64,000 bases of DNA from positions 32,001-96,000 of the forward strand of contig CAVXGR010000015.1 in NCBI GenBank assembly GCA_963761335.1, written 5' to 3'. Shown here one piece after another: positions 38,283 through 50,542 of the stretch; the stretch's first letter is position 1; each line of letters begins with the position of its first letter. Source of the DNA: an uncultured delta proteobacterium (GTDB lineage Bacteria; Desulfobacterota; Binatia; HRBIN30; BPIQ01). A program made the position numbers and the translations under genes. A model generated the notes under the pieces. It worked only from the letters and a program-made list of their open reading frames with translations. It was not told the origin of the DNA and made no database searches.

Positions 38283-40217
38283 ATGATGCGGTTCGGGCTG
38301 AGGGCAGGGGGCATCGTCTGCGTCGCGGTCGTGTGCGTCACGATGATCGGGCTTTCGACGACGTCGGCGTACTATCTAGACAAAGAAGGGACGATGAAGC
38401 TCGGCGTGAGGGCGTACGTCAACGCCCGCATCGGTACGGAGAAGACCGACAAGACCGTATTCAGGGACACGATTCAGAACCAGCTCATCGAGACGCTCCG
38501 CGCCTGGACCTTCCCCGAATCCGCCGCCGGTCATCTGCGCCAGAACCGCTTCTTCCTCGAGGTGGAGTTCAATCACGACCTCACTGATCTGATGCACAAA
38601 AACTTCGGACCGCTGGCGCTGTTGAATGACCTGCCAATCAACATCCGCAAGATTGCTTACCACCTCAAGTACCGCGGCGAAGGGGAAGGCATTTACGATT
38701 GGGGTCCTGGGGAGTTCCGTGATCGCGGTTCCTACCTCGAGCTCGGTACCAATCCCTCCGGCGTGTTCGATCCCCCCAGCACCTGCACCTTGGCCAGCTG
38801 CCCGCAAATCGACGGAACGCGCGCCATCCTGCATGACAAGGGGTCACACCGCAATCGCCTCTACGAGGCCTACGTCGAGGCGACGATCTCCAATCTGTTC
38901 CTGCGCTTCGGCCGCCAGGTGCTGGCCTGGGGCGAGACCGACGCCTTCCGCCTGATGGACAACATCAACCCGCTGGACTCGAGCTTCGGCGGCTTTCTCA
39001 TCTCGCTCGACGAGCGCCGCGTGCCGATCGACATGCTGCGCGCCAGCTACTACCTCGGTGAGTTCGGCGACACCATATCCGAGGCGACCCTCGAAGGGTA
39101 TGCCGCCCTCGACGACAAGGTGACCTACTATCCGGGGGCGCCCCACGGTTCCCCGTGGACGCTGCCCAACCTCGGCGACCCGAGCGGCACGACGGCCAAC
39201 TACAGCTTCACCCCGCACCGCACCTTCAACGACATCCGCGGCGGCGCCCGGCTTCTGTGGAACGCTTACGACGTGACCTGGAGCGTCGCTCACTACTACA
39301 CCTATGCGGACAACCCGACGGTGCAGAGCTGCGTGGCTCCGGGCTTCCCGACGCAGCGCATCTCCAGCCAGCGCGGCGGCTCCGGCAACATCCCCGGCTG
39401 TCCGGTCGGCGCTATGGATCTGCCGCTCCAGCACCCGAGCGGCCTCAATCCGTTCACCAACCCGGTTGCTCCGCTGGCCTACACCATCCAGGCGCCGGCG
39501 AAGATGCAGATCAGCGGCGCCTCGGCGACTTTCACCATCCCGTCGAGGTTCTCCCGCCTGCTGGCTCTCAGCGGCGAGCCCGTGGTGCGCACCGAGCTGG
39601 CCTACTTCAAGGACGAGCCCGCCTTTACGCAGGCGTCGATCGACCCGTTCATCTACCATTTTCTCGAGCGCGAGCAGGGGACCTACCTGCGCAACCTCAA
39701 CACCGGCGGCATTCTGAAGAAGGATTCGATCAATTTCGTGGTGGGATTGGACCTCAATCAGTTCTTCCATTTCCTCAATCCGGTGAACAGCTTCTTCATC
39801 AGCACCCAATTCTTCTACAAGCACATCAAGAAGGCCAACGAGGACATCATCACTCCCACGGCGGCGCGTCCCACGCACCTGGTTCTGCCGGTGCCGGCCG
39901 CGAACGTCTCGCCGGCGGTGCAGCCGACCCTGGGCTCGGTGGAGCCGATTCTGGTGCGCAGCCAGGCCGACCAGTTCCTGCAGACCCTGCTGATCTCCAC
40001 CTCCTATCGCAGCGGCACGGTGAACCCCAGCTTGACGCTGTTCTACGACTGGAGCGGCGCTATCGTGGTCATTCCAGCGGTCACCTTCGTCCACGACCCC
40101 TTCCGCTTCAGCCTCGAGTACGACATCCTCGACGCCGCCAACCTGCTCGGCAACAGCGGCGTGAGCCTGCTGCGGGATCGCGACAACATCCTGTTTCAGC
40201 TGGAGTACGTCATATAG
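38283..40217 (+). CDS. DUF1302-family outer-membrane protein
   Basis: RBS aggagg; signal peptide; LYEAY; R.GRQV.AWGETD.FR..D.INP.D; C-terminal RDRDN..FQLEY. Confidence 0.75.
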   Translation: MMRFGLRAGGIVCVAVVCVTMIGLSTTSAYYLDKEGTMKLGVRAYVNARIGTEKTDKTVFRDTIQNQLIETLRAWTFPESAAGHLRQNRFFLEVEFNHDLTDLMHKNFGPLALLNDLPINIRKIAYHLKYRGEGEGIYDWGPGEFRDRGSYLELGTNPSGVFDPPSTCTLASCPQIDGTRAILHDKGSHRNRLYEAYVEATISNLFLRFGRQVLAWGETDAFRLMDNINPLDSSFGGFLISLDERRVPIDMLRASYYLGEFGDTISEATLEGYAALDDKVTYYPGAPHGSPWTLPNLGDPSGTTANYSFTPHRTFNDIRGGARLLWNAYDVTWSVAHYYTYADNPTVQSCVAPGFPTQRISSQRGGSGNIPGCPVGAMDLPLQHPSGLNPFTNPVAPLAYTIQAPAKMQISGASATFTIPSRFSRLLALSGEPVVRTELAYFKDEPAFTQASIDPFIYHFLEREQGTYLRNLNTGGILKKDSINFVVGLDLNQFFHFLNPVNSFFISTQFFYKHIKKANEDIITPTAARPTHLVLPVPAANVSPAVQPTLGSVEPILVRSQADQFLQTLLISTSYRSGTVNPSLTLFYDWSGAIVVIPAVTFVHDPFRFSLEYDILDAANLLGNSGVSLLRDRDNILFQLEYVI

Positions 40218-40377
40218 GGGTCAGAAACTTCTTGCAGTCTTCTGCGGCTCCATCCTAGACTGCGCGTCGCGGCGCTGCTGGGCGCCGTGTCGCGCCGGAA
40301 CAAACCGGCCCCCGTCCGCGTTATTGTCCCGGACAGGGGCCATATGCTTACTTAGAGAAAGTACCCACGAAGAGAAG

Positions 40378-41400
40378 ATGAAAAGCACGCTCTTGGTCCG
40401 CGCGTCGTTCGCGGCGGCGGTGTTGATCGCGTCCGCCTCCGTTGGGCTCCGAGCCCAGCCCATTCCCGCCAATCGCCTTCGGCAGAACCTGTTCAGTGCC
40501 TGCTTCGTCTCCGACCAGGAAGGGTGGGCCGTGGGCGATCTGGGCCGCATTTTCCACACCACCGATGCCGCTCGCACCTGGGAGAGGCAGGAGGCGAACG
40601 TCAAGTATCCGTTCGCGGGGATCACCTGTCCCGACAAGGATCATATCTGGGTGGCGGGGCAGATGGGGCACATCTCCTTCTCCGCCGACGGCGGCAAGAC
40701 TTGGACGGCGCAGGAATCCGGCACCGATCGCCAGCTGCTCGACATCAAGTTCGTGAATCCGCAGCTGGGTATGGCCGTCGGCGATCAGGGGCGCATCATG
40801 CGCACGACGGATGGCGGCAAGACCTGGACGAGGATCGCGGTGCCGGAGCATGTCGCCCTGCCGCCCGACATCGCCGAGATCTACGCCCCCGGCGACATGG
40901 TGCTGTATGCCCTATCCTTCGTCGACGAGCAGCACGCCTGGATCGGGGGCGAGTTCGGCGTCATCCTGCGCTCCGACGACGGTGGACTCACCTGGGAGTC
41001 CCCGGAGACGCCGGTCGACACCAGCCTCTTCGGCATCTACTTCGCCGATGCCGAGAACGGCTGGGCGGTGGGGATCGAGGCGACCATGCTGCACTCGACC
41101 GACGGCGGGCGGACCTGGACCAAGGAGAGCGTGCCGATCCCCAAGGAGTTCACTCTGTCGATCTACGACGTCTCGGTGCAGGGGCAGTACGGCTGGGCGG
41201 TAGGAGACAGCGGCTATCTGCTGAACTCGAAAGATGCGGGAGCGTCGTGGCAGCTGGTCGAAGAGCCCGTGCAGATGGGAAGTCACTGGTTCCGCGACGT
41301 GGTCTTGCGTCCGGACGACAGCGGCTTCATCCTCGGCTCCAGCGGGCTGGTCCTGGTCGCCAATCGCGATACCTACAAGGCACTGAAGGATAGACTGTAG
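40378..41400 (+). CDS. YCF48/BNR-repeat beta-propeller periplasmic protein
   Basis: Signal peptide; repeated GWAVG...I..[ST].DGG.TW units. Confidence 0.9.
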   Translation: MKSTLLVRASFAAAVLIASASVGLRAQPIPANRLRQNLFSACFVSDQEGWAVGDLGRIFHTTDAARTWERQEANVKYPFAGITCPDKDHIWVAGQMGHISFSADGGKTWTAQESGTDRQLLDIKFVNPQLGMAVGDQGRIMRTTDGGKTWTRIAVPEHVALPPDIAEIYAPGDMVLYALSFVDEQHAWIGGEFGVILRSDDGGLTWESPETPVDTSLFGIYFADAENGWAVGIEATMLHSTDGGRTWTKESVPIPKEFTLSIYDVSVQGQYGWAVGDSGYLLNSKDAGASWQLVEEPVQMGSHWFRDVVLRPDDSGFILGSSGLVLVANRDTYKALKDRL

Positions 41401-41424
41401 CAGCCCTCGAGGAGGTTTAGCCTT

Positions 41425-43947
41425 ATGATCCCCCGGCGGTGGATTGAAGCATATCTGCGATTTCTGCTCCGCTTCCGCGGCTCGGTCACGATTGCGGTCG
41501 CCCTGCTGACTCTGTTCTTCGGCATCGGTCTGAAGAACATCCGCCTGCATACCGACTTCTTCGACTTCTACCCGAGACACCATCCGTACATCCGGTTCTA
41601 CAAGGAGTTTCGCCGGATGTTCGGCACCGCGAACATCATGAACGTCATCCTGGAGGTGAAGAACGGGGACATCTACAACCCCGAGACCCTCCAGAAGCTC
41701 GACCGCATCACCAAGTACATGGTGAACACCAAGGGGGTGGTCCCGTACCAGATCCTCTCGATTGCCCATCCGGCGGTGAACAGCGCCACGGTGCGTCAAG
41801 GGGCGATCCAGGTGCGGCCGGTATTCTACCCGGGGGTGCCGAAAACGCAGGAGGATGCCGAGCGCGTGCGATTCGCGGTGTACGCCAACCCCGCCATCCG
41901 AGGCGTCTACGTCTCCAATGACGACACCGCGGCAGTGGTGAACGTGGGCTTCTGGGAGGAGGCCCTGGACTTTCGCTATCTGTACGCCCGGATGAAGGAC
42001 CTGCAGAAGCAGGAAGACGACGCGAACCACAAGATCTACATCACCGGCTTCCCGTGGCTGTACACCTCGGTGCTGCAGTACACCAACGATCTCATCGTCG
42101 TCTTCGGGCTGACCTTCGTCTCTCTCTCCTTTCTGCTGTACGTCTACTTCCGCACCTGGACCGGCATCTGGGTGCCGATGTTCTCCGGGGTTCTCTCGAG
42201 CATCTGGGGCCTGGGGATGGCCGCCTGGTTGGGATTCAATCTCGACCCGCTGGTGCTGGTGATTCCCATCTTTCTCACGGCTCGGGCCTTGAGCCATTCG
42301 GTGCAGTCGATGGATCGCTACCACGAGGAGTACTATCGGCTGCACGACAAGAGCCAGGCGATCGTCGTTTCGTACTCGGCCCTTTTTCCGCCCGCCATCG
42401 CCTCGATCGTCACCGACGGCATCGGCCTTCTGGTGGTGGCCGTGGCCCCCATCCCGCTGATTCAGAAGGTGGCCATCTTCGCCAGCTTCTGGGTGGTCTC
42501 GATCTTCATCAGCGTGGTGACTCTGCACCCGATCATCCTCGGCTACATCAATCCGCCGCCGGAGCACTCCAGCACCGCGGGGCGGCAGCCGATGAGCATC
42601 CGCTGGGCGTCGCTGATCCTGGCGATGGGCGCCGGCGCCGCCGTGGCTCTCGATCAGCTCGGCATTCTGGACTCCCTTCTGGCTTTCTGCATCGTCTTTG
42701 CCCCGGTTTTTGCCTGGTACTGGCTGACCTACGCGGAAGACATCTATCCGTGGATCACCAACCTGGTGATCCAGGCCAGTGAAGGGTATCGGCGCTGGGT
42801 GGTGATCGGCCTCACCGTCTTCCTGTACGTCTTCCTGCCGTTCTACGGGTGGAGGTTGAAGGTCGGCGACATGACACCAGGAGCGGCGCTGCTGTTCCCC
42901 ACCCACCCGTACAACGTCGCCTACAACCTCCTGAACACCAAGTTCCTCGGCGCCAGCCAGCTGATCGTCATTGCCGACACGCGGCGGCCGGACGGCGTGA
43001 AGGAGGTGGAGCCTCTCGAGGCGATAGAAGAGTTCGCCGACAACATGCTCGATGTCGAGGGCGCCAGCGGCTCGATCACCATCGTCGACATCGTCAAGCA
43101 GCTCAGCCGGCTGCAGCACGAGGGCGATCCGAAGTGGGGTGTGATCCCGGTGAACCCGAAGGAGATCGGGCAGATCATCTACACCTTCACCCAGAACGCC
43201 ACCGTCGGGTCGTTGAACTTCTTCATGGATCCGAGCGCGCGATACGGGTCGATCATCACCCTCTTCCACGAGCACTCGCACGACATCATCATGAACGCCA
43301 TCGCCAAGGCGAAGCAGTTCGGCGCCAAGTACGACGAATCGGGCCAGGTCCGTTTCCGGTATGCCGGCGGGCTGTTCGGCATCCTGGCGGCGGTCAACGA
43401 GGAGGTGGAGAACTCGTACTGGCGCCAGCTCATTCTCATCTACCTGATCGTCTACTTCTGCCTGTATCTCACCTACGGCTCGTTTTATGCCTCCGCCATC
43501 CTGATGATCCCGGTCATTCTCTCGCAGCTCGCTGCAGAGGCATTGATGTACTGGCTACATATCGATCTCAACGTGAACTCCTTACCCATTGCAGCGGCAG
43601 GTGCCGGGGTCGGAGTCGACTACGGCATCTACCACTTCAGTAGAATGTTCGATACGTACGATGAGATCGGCAAGCTCGACGAAGCGATCGACTATGCCAC
43701 CGCCACCACCGGCAAGGCGATCATCTTCACCGCCAGCACCATGGTGGCGGGCACCGTCTTCTGGTGGTTCTCTTCCCTGAAATTCCAGGCGGAGATGGGG
43801 TTCCTGCTGGCCCTGCTGATGATCTTCAACACCTTCGGCGGTCTGGTGGTCGTGCCGGCGCTCGTCAAGGCGCTTCGACCGGGCTTCCTCGTGAACCGCA
43901 AGCCCAAGAGGCTGAGCAGCCAGCCGCAGGCGGCTGTGGCCGGATGA
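41425..43947 (+). CDS. MMPL/RND-family inner-membrane transporter
   Basis: Two TM bundles with periplasmic loops; ARALSHSVQ; TD.IG; GVGVDYGIY; TGKAI.FTA.T. Confidence 0.9.
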   Translation: MIPRRWIEAYLRFLLRFRGSVTIAVALLTLFFGIGLKNIRLHTDFFDFYPRHHPYIRFYKEFRRMFGTANIMNVILEVKNGDIYNPETLQKLDRITKYMVNTKGVVPYQILSIAHPAVNSATVRQGAIQVRPVFYPGVPKTQEDAERVRFAVYANPAIRGVYVSNDDTAAVVNVGFWEEALDFRYLYARMKDLQKQEDDANHKIYITGFPWLYTSVLQYTNDLIVVFGLTFVSLSFLLYVYFRTWTGIWVPMFSGVLSSIWGLGMAAWLGFNLDPLVLVIPIFLTARALSHSVQSMDRYHEEYYRLHDKSQAIVVSYSALFPPAIASIVTDGIGLLVVAVAPIPLIQKVAIFASFWVVSIFISVVTLHPIILGYINPPPEHSSTAGRQPMSIRWASLILAMGAGAAVALDQLGILDSLLAFCIVFAPVFAWYWLTYAEDIYPWITNLVIQASEGYRRWVVIGLTVFLYVFLPFYGWRLKVGDMTPGAALLFPTHPYNVAYNLLNTKFLGASQLIVIADTRRPDGVKEVEPLEAIEEFADNMLDVEGASGSITIVDIVKQLSRLQHEGDPKWGVIPVNPKEIGQIIYTFTQNATVGSLNFFMDPSARYGSIITLFHEHSHDIIMNAIAKAKQFGAKYDESGQVRFRYAGGLFGILAAVNEEVENSYWRQLILIYLIVYFCLYLTYGSFYASAILMIPVILSQLAAEALMYWLHIDLNVNSLPIAAAGAGVGVDYGIYHFSRMFDTYDEIGKLDEAIDYATATTGKAIIFTASTMVAGTVFWWFSSLKFQAEMGFLLALLMIFNTFGGLVVVPALVKALRPGFLVNRKPKRLSSQPQAAVAG

Positions 43948-44006
43948 TCGCTCCATTGACAACGATTCTCTGAAGAGACAATTCTTCGAACGAGGAGGGA
44001 AAATTC

Positions 44007-45317
44007 ATGAAAATCAGCTCGCACGGGCGGCGCAACCTCCGCCGCGCGGTATGGGCGCTGACAATCGCCGCGATGTTTGCCACGCCGGCGATGGCCGAGG
44101 AGGATATGAAGCCCTGGATCCTCAACAGCAATAACTGGCAGCAAGCAAAGGATCTCCTTCCCGAGGTGGTTCTCAAGCGCGTGAAGGACGGCGACTACTG
44201 GTTCAAGGTTCAACCCATCGACCCGGATAAGTTCAAGCAGAACTACTCGGAGAAGTTCTGGCAGGCGAGCGAGGCGAACGCGGGGAAGTACGACGTCGAT
44301 CCGGCGACCTGCGGCCTGAAGGACGTGAAGACCGGGAAGATGCCGGACTTCTATTTCGGCTATCCGTTTCCGAAGATCGATCCGAAGGAGCCGATGGCGG
44401 CGTGCAAGATGGCGTGGAACTTCGAGGCGGCGAACTCCATGGGCGAGGGCCAGGGGGCCACGTTCACGCTCAACGGCATCGACAGCAGCGGTGAGTTCAA
44501 GCGCATCAAGCTCTGGCTGCACACCAATTCCTACCTCGGCCGCACCGGCGGGCCGATTCCCAACCCCGAGAACCTGCGCGGTACCAGCATGACCAACGTC
44601 CTCGAGCCGCAGGATGTCGACGGCGTCGCCGGACTGACCAAGCGGCTGAACGACTGGACGTCGCAGGACCAGTCCTGGTTCTTCGTTCCGTCCACCCGTC
44701 GCGTCCGCAAGGTGAACGCGGCGACGCGTTCCGATCCGGTGGCCGGTCTCGACATCTTCGCCGACGACCTCAACTGCTACGGCGGAAAGATCGAGTACTA
44801 CAAGTGGAAGCTGGTCGGCGAGGGGCAGATTCTGGCGCCGGTGCTGTCGCCGGGGACGCCGCTCAAGCAGCACTGGATCAACGACCATCGCGCCACGGTC
44901 GACATCCCCTACTTCAAGGCGGTCTACGAGACGCCCGGAGCCAAAGGGATTCCCTGGCTGGTGGTCGAGAACTTGAGCATGATTCCGCGGCCGGTGTGGA
45001 TTCTCGAGGGCGAGTCCGAAGACCCGTACTACAACTTCGGCAAGGTCATCATGTACATGGACAAGGACATGTACCGCATCTGGTGGAAGCTGGTGCACAA
45101 CCGCTCGGGCGAGTACTTCTACAACGCGGCCTGCGCCTACCACTGGTCGAAGAACGACGACGGCACCTTCGCCACGGTCACGCCCAACATGGTGGTCGGC
45201 GTGAACGACAAGACCAACCGCGCCTGCCTGGCGGGTCGCTACAGCTCGCAGTTCATCGAGCGCAAGTATCCCGACGACTACTTCACGCTGCGGCACCTGA
45301 CCGTTATGTCCGACTGA
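44007..45317 (+). CDS. DUF1329-family (LolA-like) periplasmic protein
   Basis: RBS gaggagg; signal peptide AMA; GYPFP.ID; W.FVP..RRVRK; D..N.Y.G. Confidence 0.85.
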   Translation: MKISSHGRRNLRRAVWALTIAAMFATPAMAEEDMKPWILNSNNWQQAKDLLPEVVLKRVKDGDYWFKVQPIDPDKFKQNYSEKFWQASEANAGKYDVDPATCGLKDVKTGKMPDFYFGYPFPKIDPKEPMAACKMAWNFEAANSMGEGQGATFTLNGIDSSGEFKRIKLWLHTNSYLGRTGGPIPNPENLRGTSMTNVLEPQDVDGVAGLTKRLNDWTSQDQSWFFVPSTRRVRKVNAATRSDPVAGLDIFADDLNCYGGKIEYYKWKLVGEGQILAPVLSPGTPLKQHWINDHRATVDIPYFKAVYETPGAKGIPWLVVENLSMIPRPVWILEGESEDPYYNFGKVIMYMDKDMYRIWWKLVHNRSGEYFYNAACAYHWSKNDDGTFATVTPNMVVGVNDKTNRACLAGRYSSQFIERKYPDDYFTLRHLTVMSD

Positions 45318-45339
45318 GGTCCGCCCGCGTCGGTGGCGG

Positions 45340-45376
45340 AAGGGGCGGGGGCAATTGCCCCCGCCCCTTTTCTTTT
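45340..45376 (+). terminator. Rho-independent terminator
   Basis: Perfect palindrome aaggggcgggggc-aatt-gcccccgcccctt followed by ttctttt. Confidence 0.85.
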
Positions 45377-45564
45377 CGGCCTCCGCCCCCGCCTCCCGAC
45401 CCTTGACAACTCCCAAGGGTTCATAGTTTATCTCGCTGCGCATCAGGGCGGAGCGCAGAGGAGAGGGCAGTGAGGCGGGGTGCCGCGAGATGCCAGCGGA
45501 TAGCCGAGCGCCTCGTGCCGCGGCGATCGTCACCGCGGTCGGGTCAAACGAAGGGAGGGGGGAA

Positions 45565-46272
45565 ATGAGATACTGGACAATTCTCGCTGGTTCGCTTCTG
45601 TCGCTCGCGGTCGCTGGGTGCAACGGCGGCAGCGGAAGCCCGTGCCCGAGCGCCACGGCTCCGGATGTCACCGGGACCTGGTGCCAGATGGGCGCCGCGA
45701 CCACGGAGTCGACCTGTTCGGCCGGAACCAACTCTCTCAATCTGACCACCGCGAATGGCACCACCAGCGCCTGCTCCTTCACCGTCGGCCAGAGCGGCTC
45801 GGCGGTGGTCATCTCCAGCTGCAACCAGGACGTTGCCTTCACCGGCTGTGTGGATTCGGCAGGGGCCATCAGCGCCGACTACGGCCTCTTCCAGGCCGAG
45901 CCGGGCTGCACGGTGACGGCGCCAGTGACGCTGAAGGTCGAGCCCGGAGCCGAGACCGCGACGGCTTCCTACGACTTCCCGGTCTCCTACGACGGCCTGG
46001 CCTGCACGGCGGGCTCCATGAGCTGTCGGGGACAGATCGGGGCGCAGTGGCAGCGCTACGTGTGCGGTGACGGGGCGGCGACCGTCGCCTGCGAGGAGTG
46101 CGACGACGGCAACTCCGACAACAGCGACGACTGCAAGAACGACTGCACGCTCAACGTCTGCGGCGACGGTGTCCTGCATGTCGGCGTCGAGGAGTGCGAC
46201 GACGGCAACAACCGCGATGGCGACGGCTGCTCGGCGGCCTGCAAGATCGAGATGCCTAGCGCCGCCTCCTGA
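45565..46272 (+). CDS. Cys-rich lipoprotein with DUF4215/myxococcal repeats
   Basis: RBS ggagg; lipobox VAGC; CGDG...EECDDGN twice; DGDGCSAAC. Confidence 0.8.
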   Translation: MRYWTILAGSLLSLAVAGCNGGSGSPCPSATAPDVTGTWCQMGAATTESTCSAGTNSLNLTTANGTTSACSFTVGQSGSAVVISSCNQDVAFTGCVDSAGAISADYGLFQAEPGCTVTAPVTLKVEPGAETATASYDFPVSYDGLACTAGSMSCRGQIGAQWQRYVCGDGAATVACEECDDGNSDNSDDCKNDCTLNVCGDGVLHVGVEECDDGNNRDGDGCSAACKIEMPSAAS

Positions 46273-46307
46273 AGGGGCGGCGGCGCCCACTCGCATCAGA
46301 AGGAAAG

Positions 46308-46338
46308 AAAAGGCCCAGGGGTGACCCTGGGCCTTTTT
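46308..46338. terminator. Bidirectional rho-independent terminator
   Basis: aaaaggcccaggg-gtga-ccctgggccttttt between convergent genes. Confidence 0.9.
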
Positions 46339-46393
46339 TCCTTCGGCGCCTCTGCCCGGCGCCTGCCTCAACGTCTCGCGGACGAGAAGGGGC

Positions 46394-46720
46394 TCAGTCG
46401 CGCTCTCCCCGGTACCAGCGCACCAGCCATCCCTCCTGCTCCCGTTCGGTGATCTCTTTGAGCTCGCCGGATTCGAGCCAAATCCCCTTGCACTCCGGGC
46501 ACTCCTCGACGGTGACGCCGTGCAGGGATTTGTTGTGCAGGTGAGCGCCATCCTTGGGGCACCGCGACACGGCGATCTCGCGGAGAGTGGCCTCGGTGGC
46601 CGTGCTCACTTCCTCCTTCAGCTTCTTGAGCAACTCCCGATCGCGTTTGGCGAAGTACGCGTCCTCTCGGCCGCGCTCCGCCTCGCGGAGCTTCTCGCCC
46701 AGTCGATCCTTCTCTTCCAT
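46394..46720 (-). CDS. zf-TFIIB-type zinc-ribbon protein with N-terminal charged helix (108 aa)
   Basis: CPKDG...V.VEECPEC.GIWL..GEL; N-terminal EAERGREDAYFAKRDRELLKKLK. Confidence 0.8.
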   Translation of the reverse strand: MEEKDRLGEKLREAERGREDAYFAKRDRELLKKLKEEVSTATEATLREIAVSRCPKDGAHLHNKSLHGVTVEECPECKGIWLESGELKEITEREQEGWLVRWYRGERD

Positions 46721-46942
46721 CCGACTGCCTCGCTTTCTCTGGTGCGGGCGGGTCTCCCGCCGGCCGCGCTCGGCGACTGTTGTCGATGGCGTGCGCCGAG
46801 CACGATCGTACGGTAGCCGCCACCTCTCGGGTTTGTCAACGTCGTCACCGCGCACTGTCGTCACCGCGCACGCAGCTCCAGGGGTGTCGGACGGTTGCCA
46901 TGGGCGGCTTCGTGGTTAAAACAACAACCCAGCGGAGGCTCA

Positions 46943-49533
<2,591 letters not shown>

Positions 49534-49558
<25 letters not shown>

Positions 49559-50415
49559 GTCGTTGCGGGTGGCCCGTCATTGAGGACGGGCCACTCGTTC
49601 GCCTGCATCTTGTAGCGCTCGTAGCGCTCCAGAATGCGGTCGACGTACGCTACCGTCGCCGTCCCCTGGGCGTAGCCGTTGTCGACGAAGCGGTAATAGT
49701 CCGCGTTCTCGAGAAGCGGCAGCATCTGCGAGAGCGCGTCCCAGCGATTCGGGTCGAATCCGTAGTGCCGCGCCAGCACCTGGGCGTCGCGAACATGCGC
49801 TGGCCCCATGTTGTACGCGGCGAGGACCAAAGCCAGCCGGTCGCGGCCGCGGACGTGGGGGAACAGGTGCTCGAGGTGCTTGAGGTAGCGGACCCCCGTG
49901 CGCACGTTGTCGTCCGGGGTCATGTAGCGGTCCGCCTGCACCTGTCGCGCCGCGATCGGCATGATCTGCATCAAGCCGAAGGCTCCGGCACTGCTGACGC
50001 TGTCGGGCCTGAAGCGCGACTCCTCGAAGACCAGAGCCGACACCAGACGCCAGTCCAGTCCCTCCGCCGCCGCGTGGCGGTGAATCAGTGTGTCGAAGCG
50101 CGAGATGTGGTTGCCGGCGATGGAGGGGGGCAGCGGATCGACAGCGGGTTCCTCGGCGTGCGTCTCCAGCGCATCGACGGATCGCGTCGATTGCTGCGGG
50201 CCCGGCACGCTGACGCCGTCGACCTGAATGATCCAGCCGTCGACGGCGACGGTCCAGGCGCGCTTCGAAGCCGGCACGACGCGCTCGCGCACCGGGTTCC
50301 CCGCCGGGAGTCGCGGCGATGCCGGAGGAGCCCAGTCGAACAGCCCCATGAGCGCCAGTGCCCCTGCGATGAGCAGCTTCCGCGCCGCCCCGGAGCCGGG
50401 AGAACTGCGAGACAT
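49534..50415 (-). CDS. Lytic transglycosylase (SLT domain, MltF C-terminal-like)
   Basis: DWRLV.AL...ES.F; GA.GLMQIMP; LAAYNMG; N-terminal hydrophobic anchor. Confidence 0.88.
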
Positions 50416-50442
50416 GCGCTCGGACTGTGCCGAAGCTCGGGG

Positions 50443-50458
50443 AGCAAAGCAAGTTCCG
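50443..50458 (-). promoter_or_regulatory. Possible sigma-54 (-24/-12) promoter for the SLT gene
   Basis: Minus strand cGGaacttgctttGCt (GG-N10-GC with TTGCT), 28 nt upstream of ATG 50415. Confidence 0.35.
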
Positions 50459-50542
50459 AGGGAAGTCCCGAGGTCCAGAGCCATCCCTTGACGCAGGACC
50501 GCGCTTCGGAGCCAATGATCGGAGCGAAGGAGGGAACTCGGA

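Noticed and set aside
40912..43281. Long antisense ORFs (also 22307-24412, 43692-45869, 47282-49369, 57711-59858)
   Set aside because: Shadows of well-supported genes on the opposite strand; expected in high-GC DNA with few stop codons
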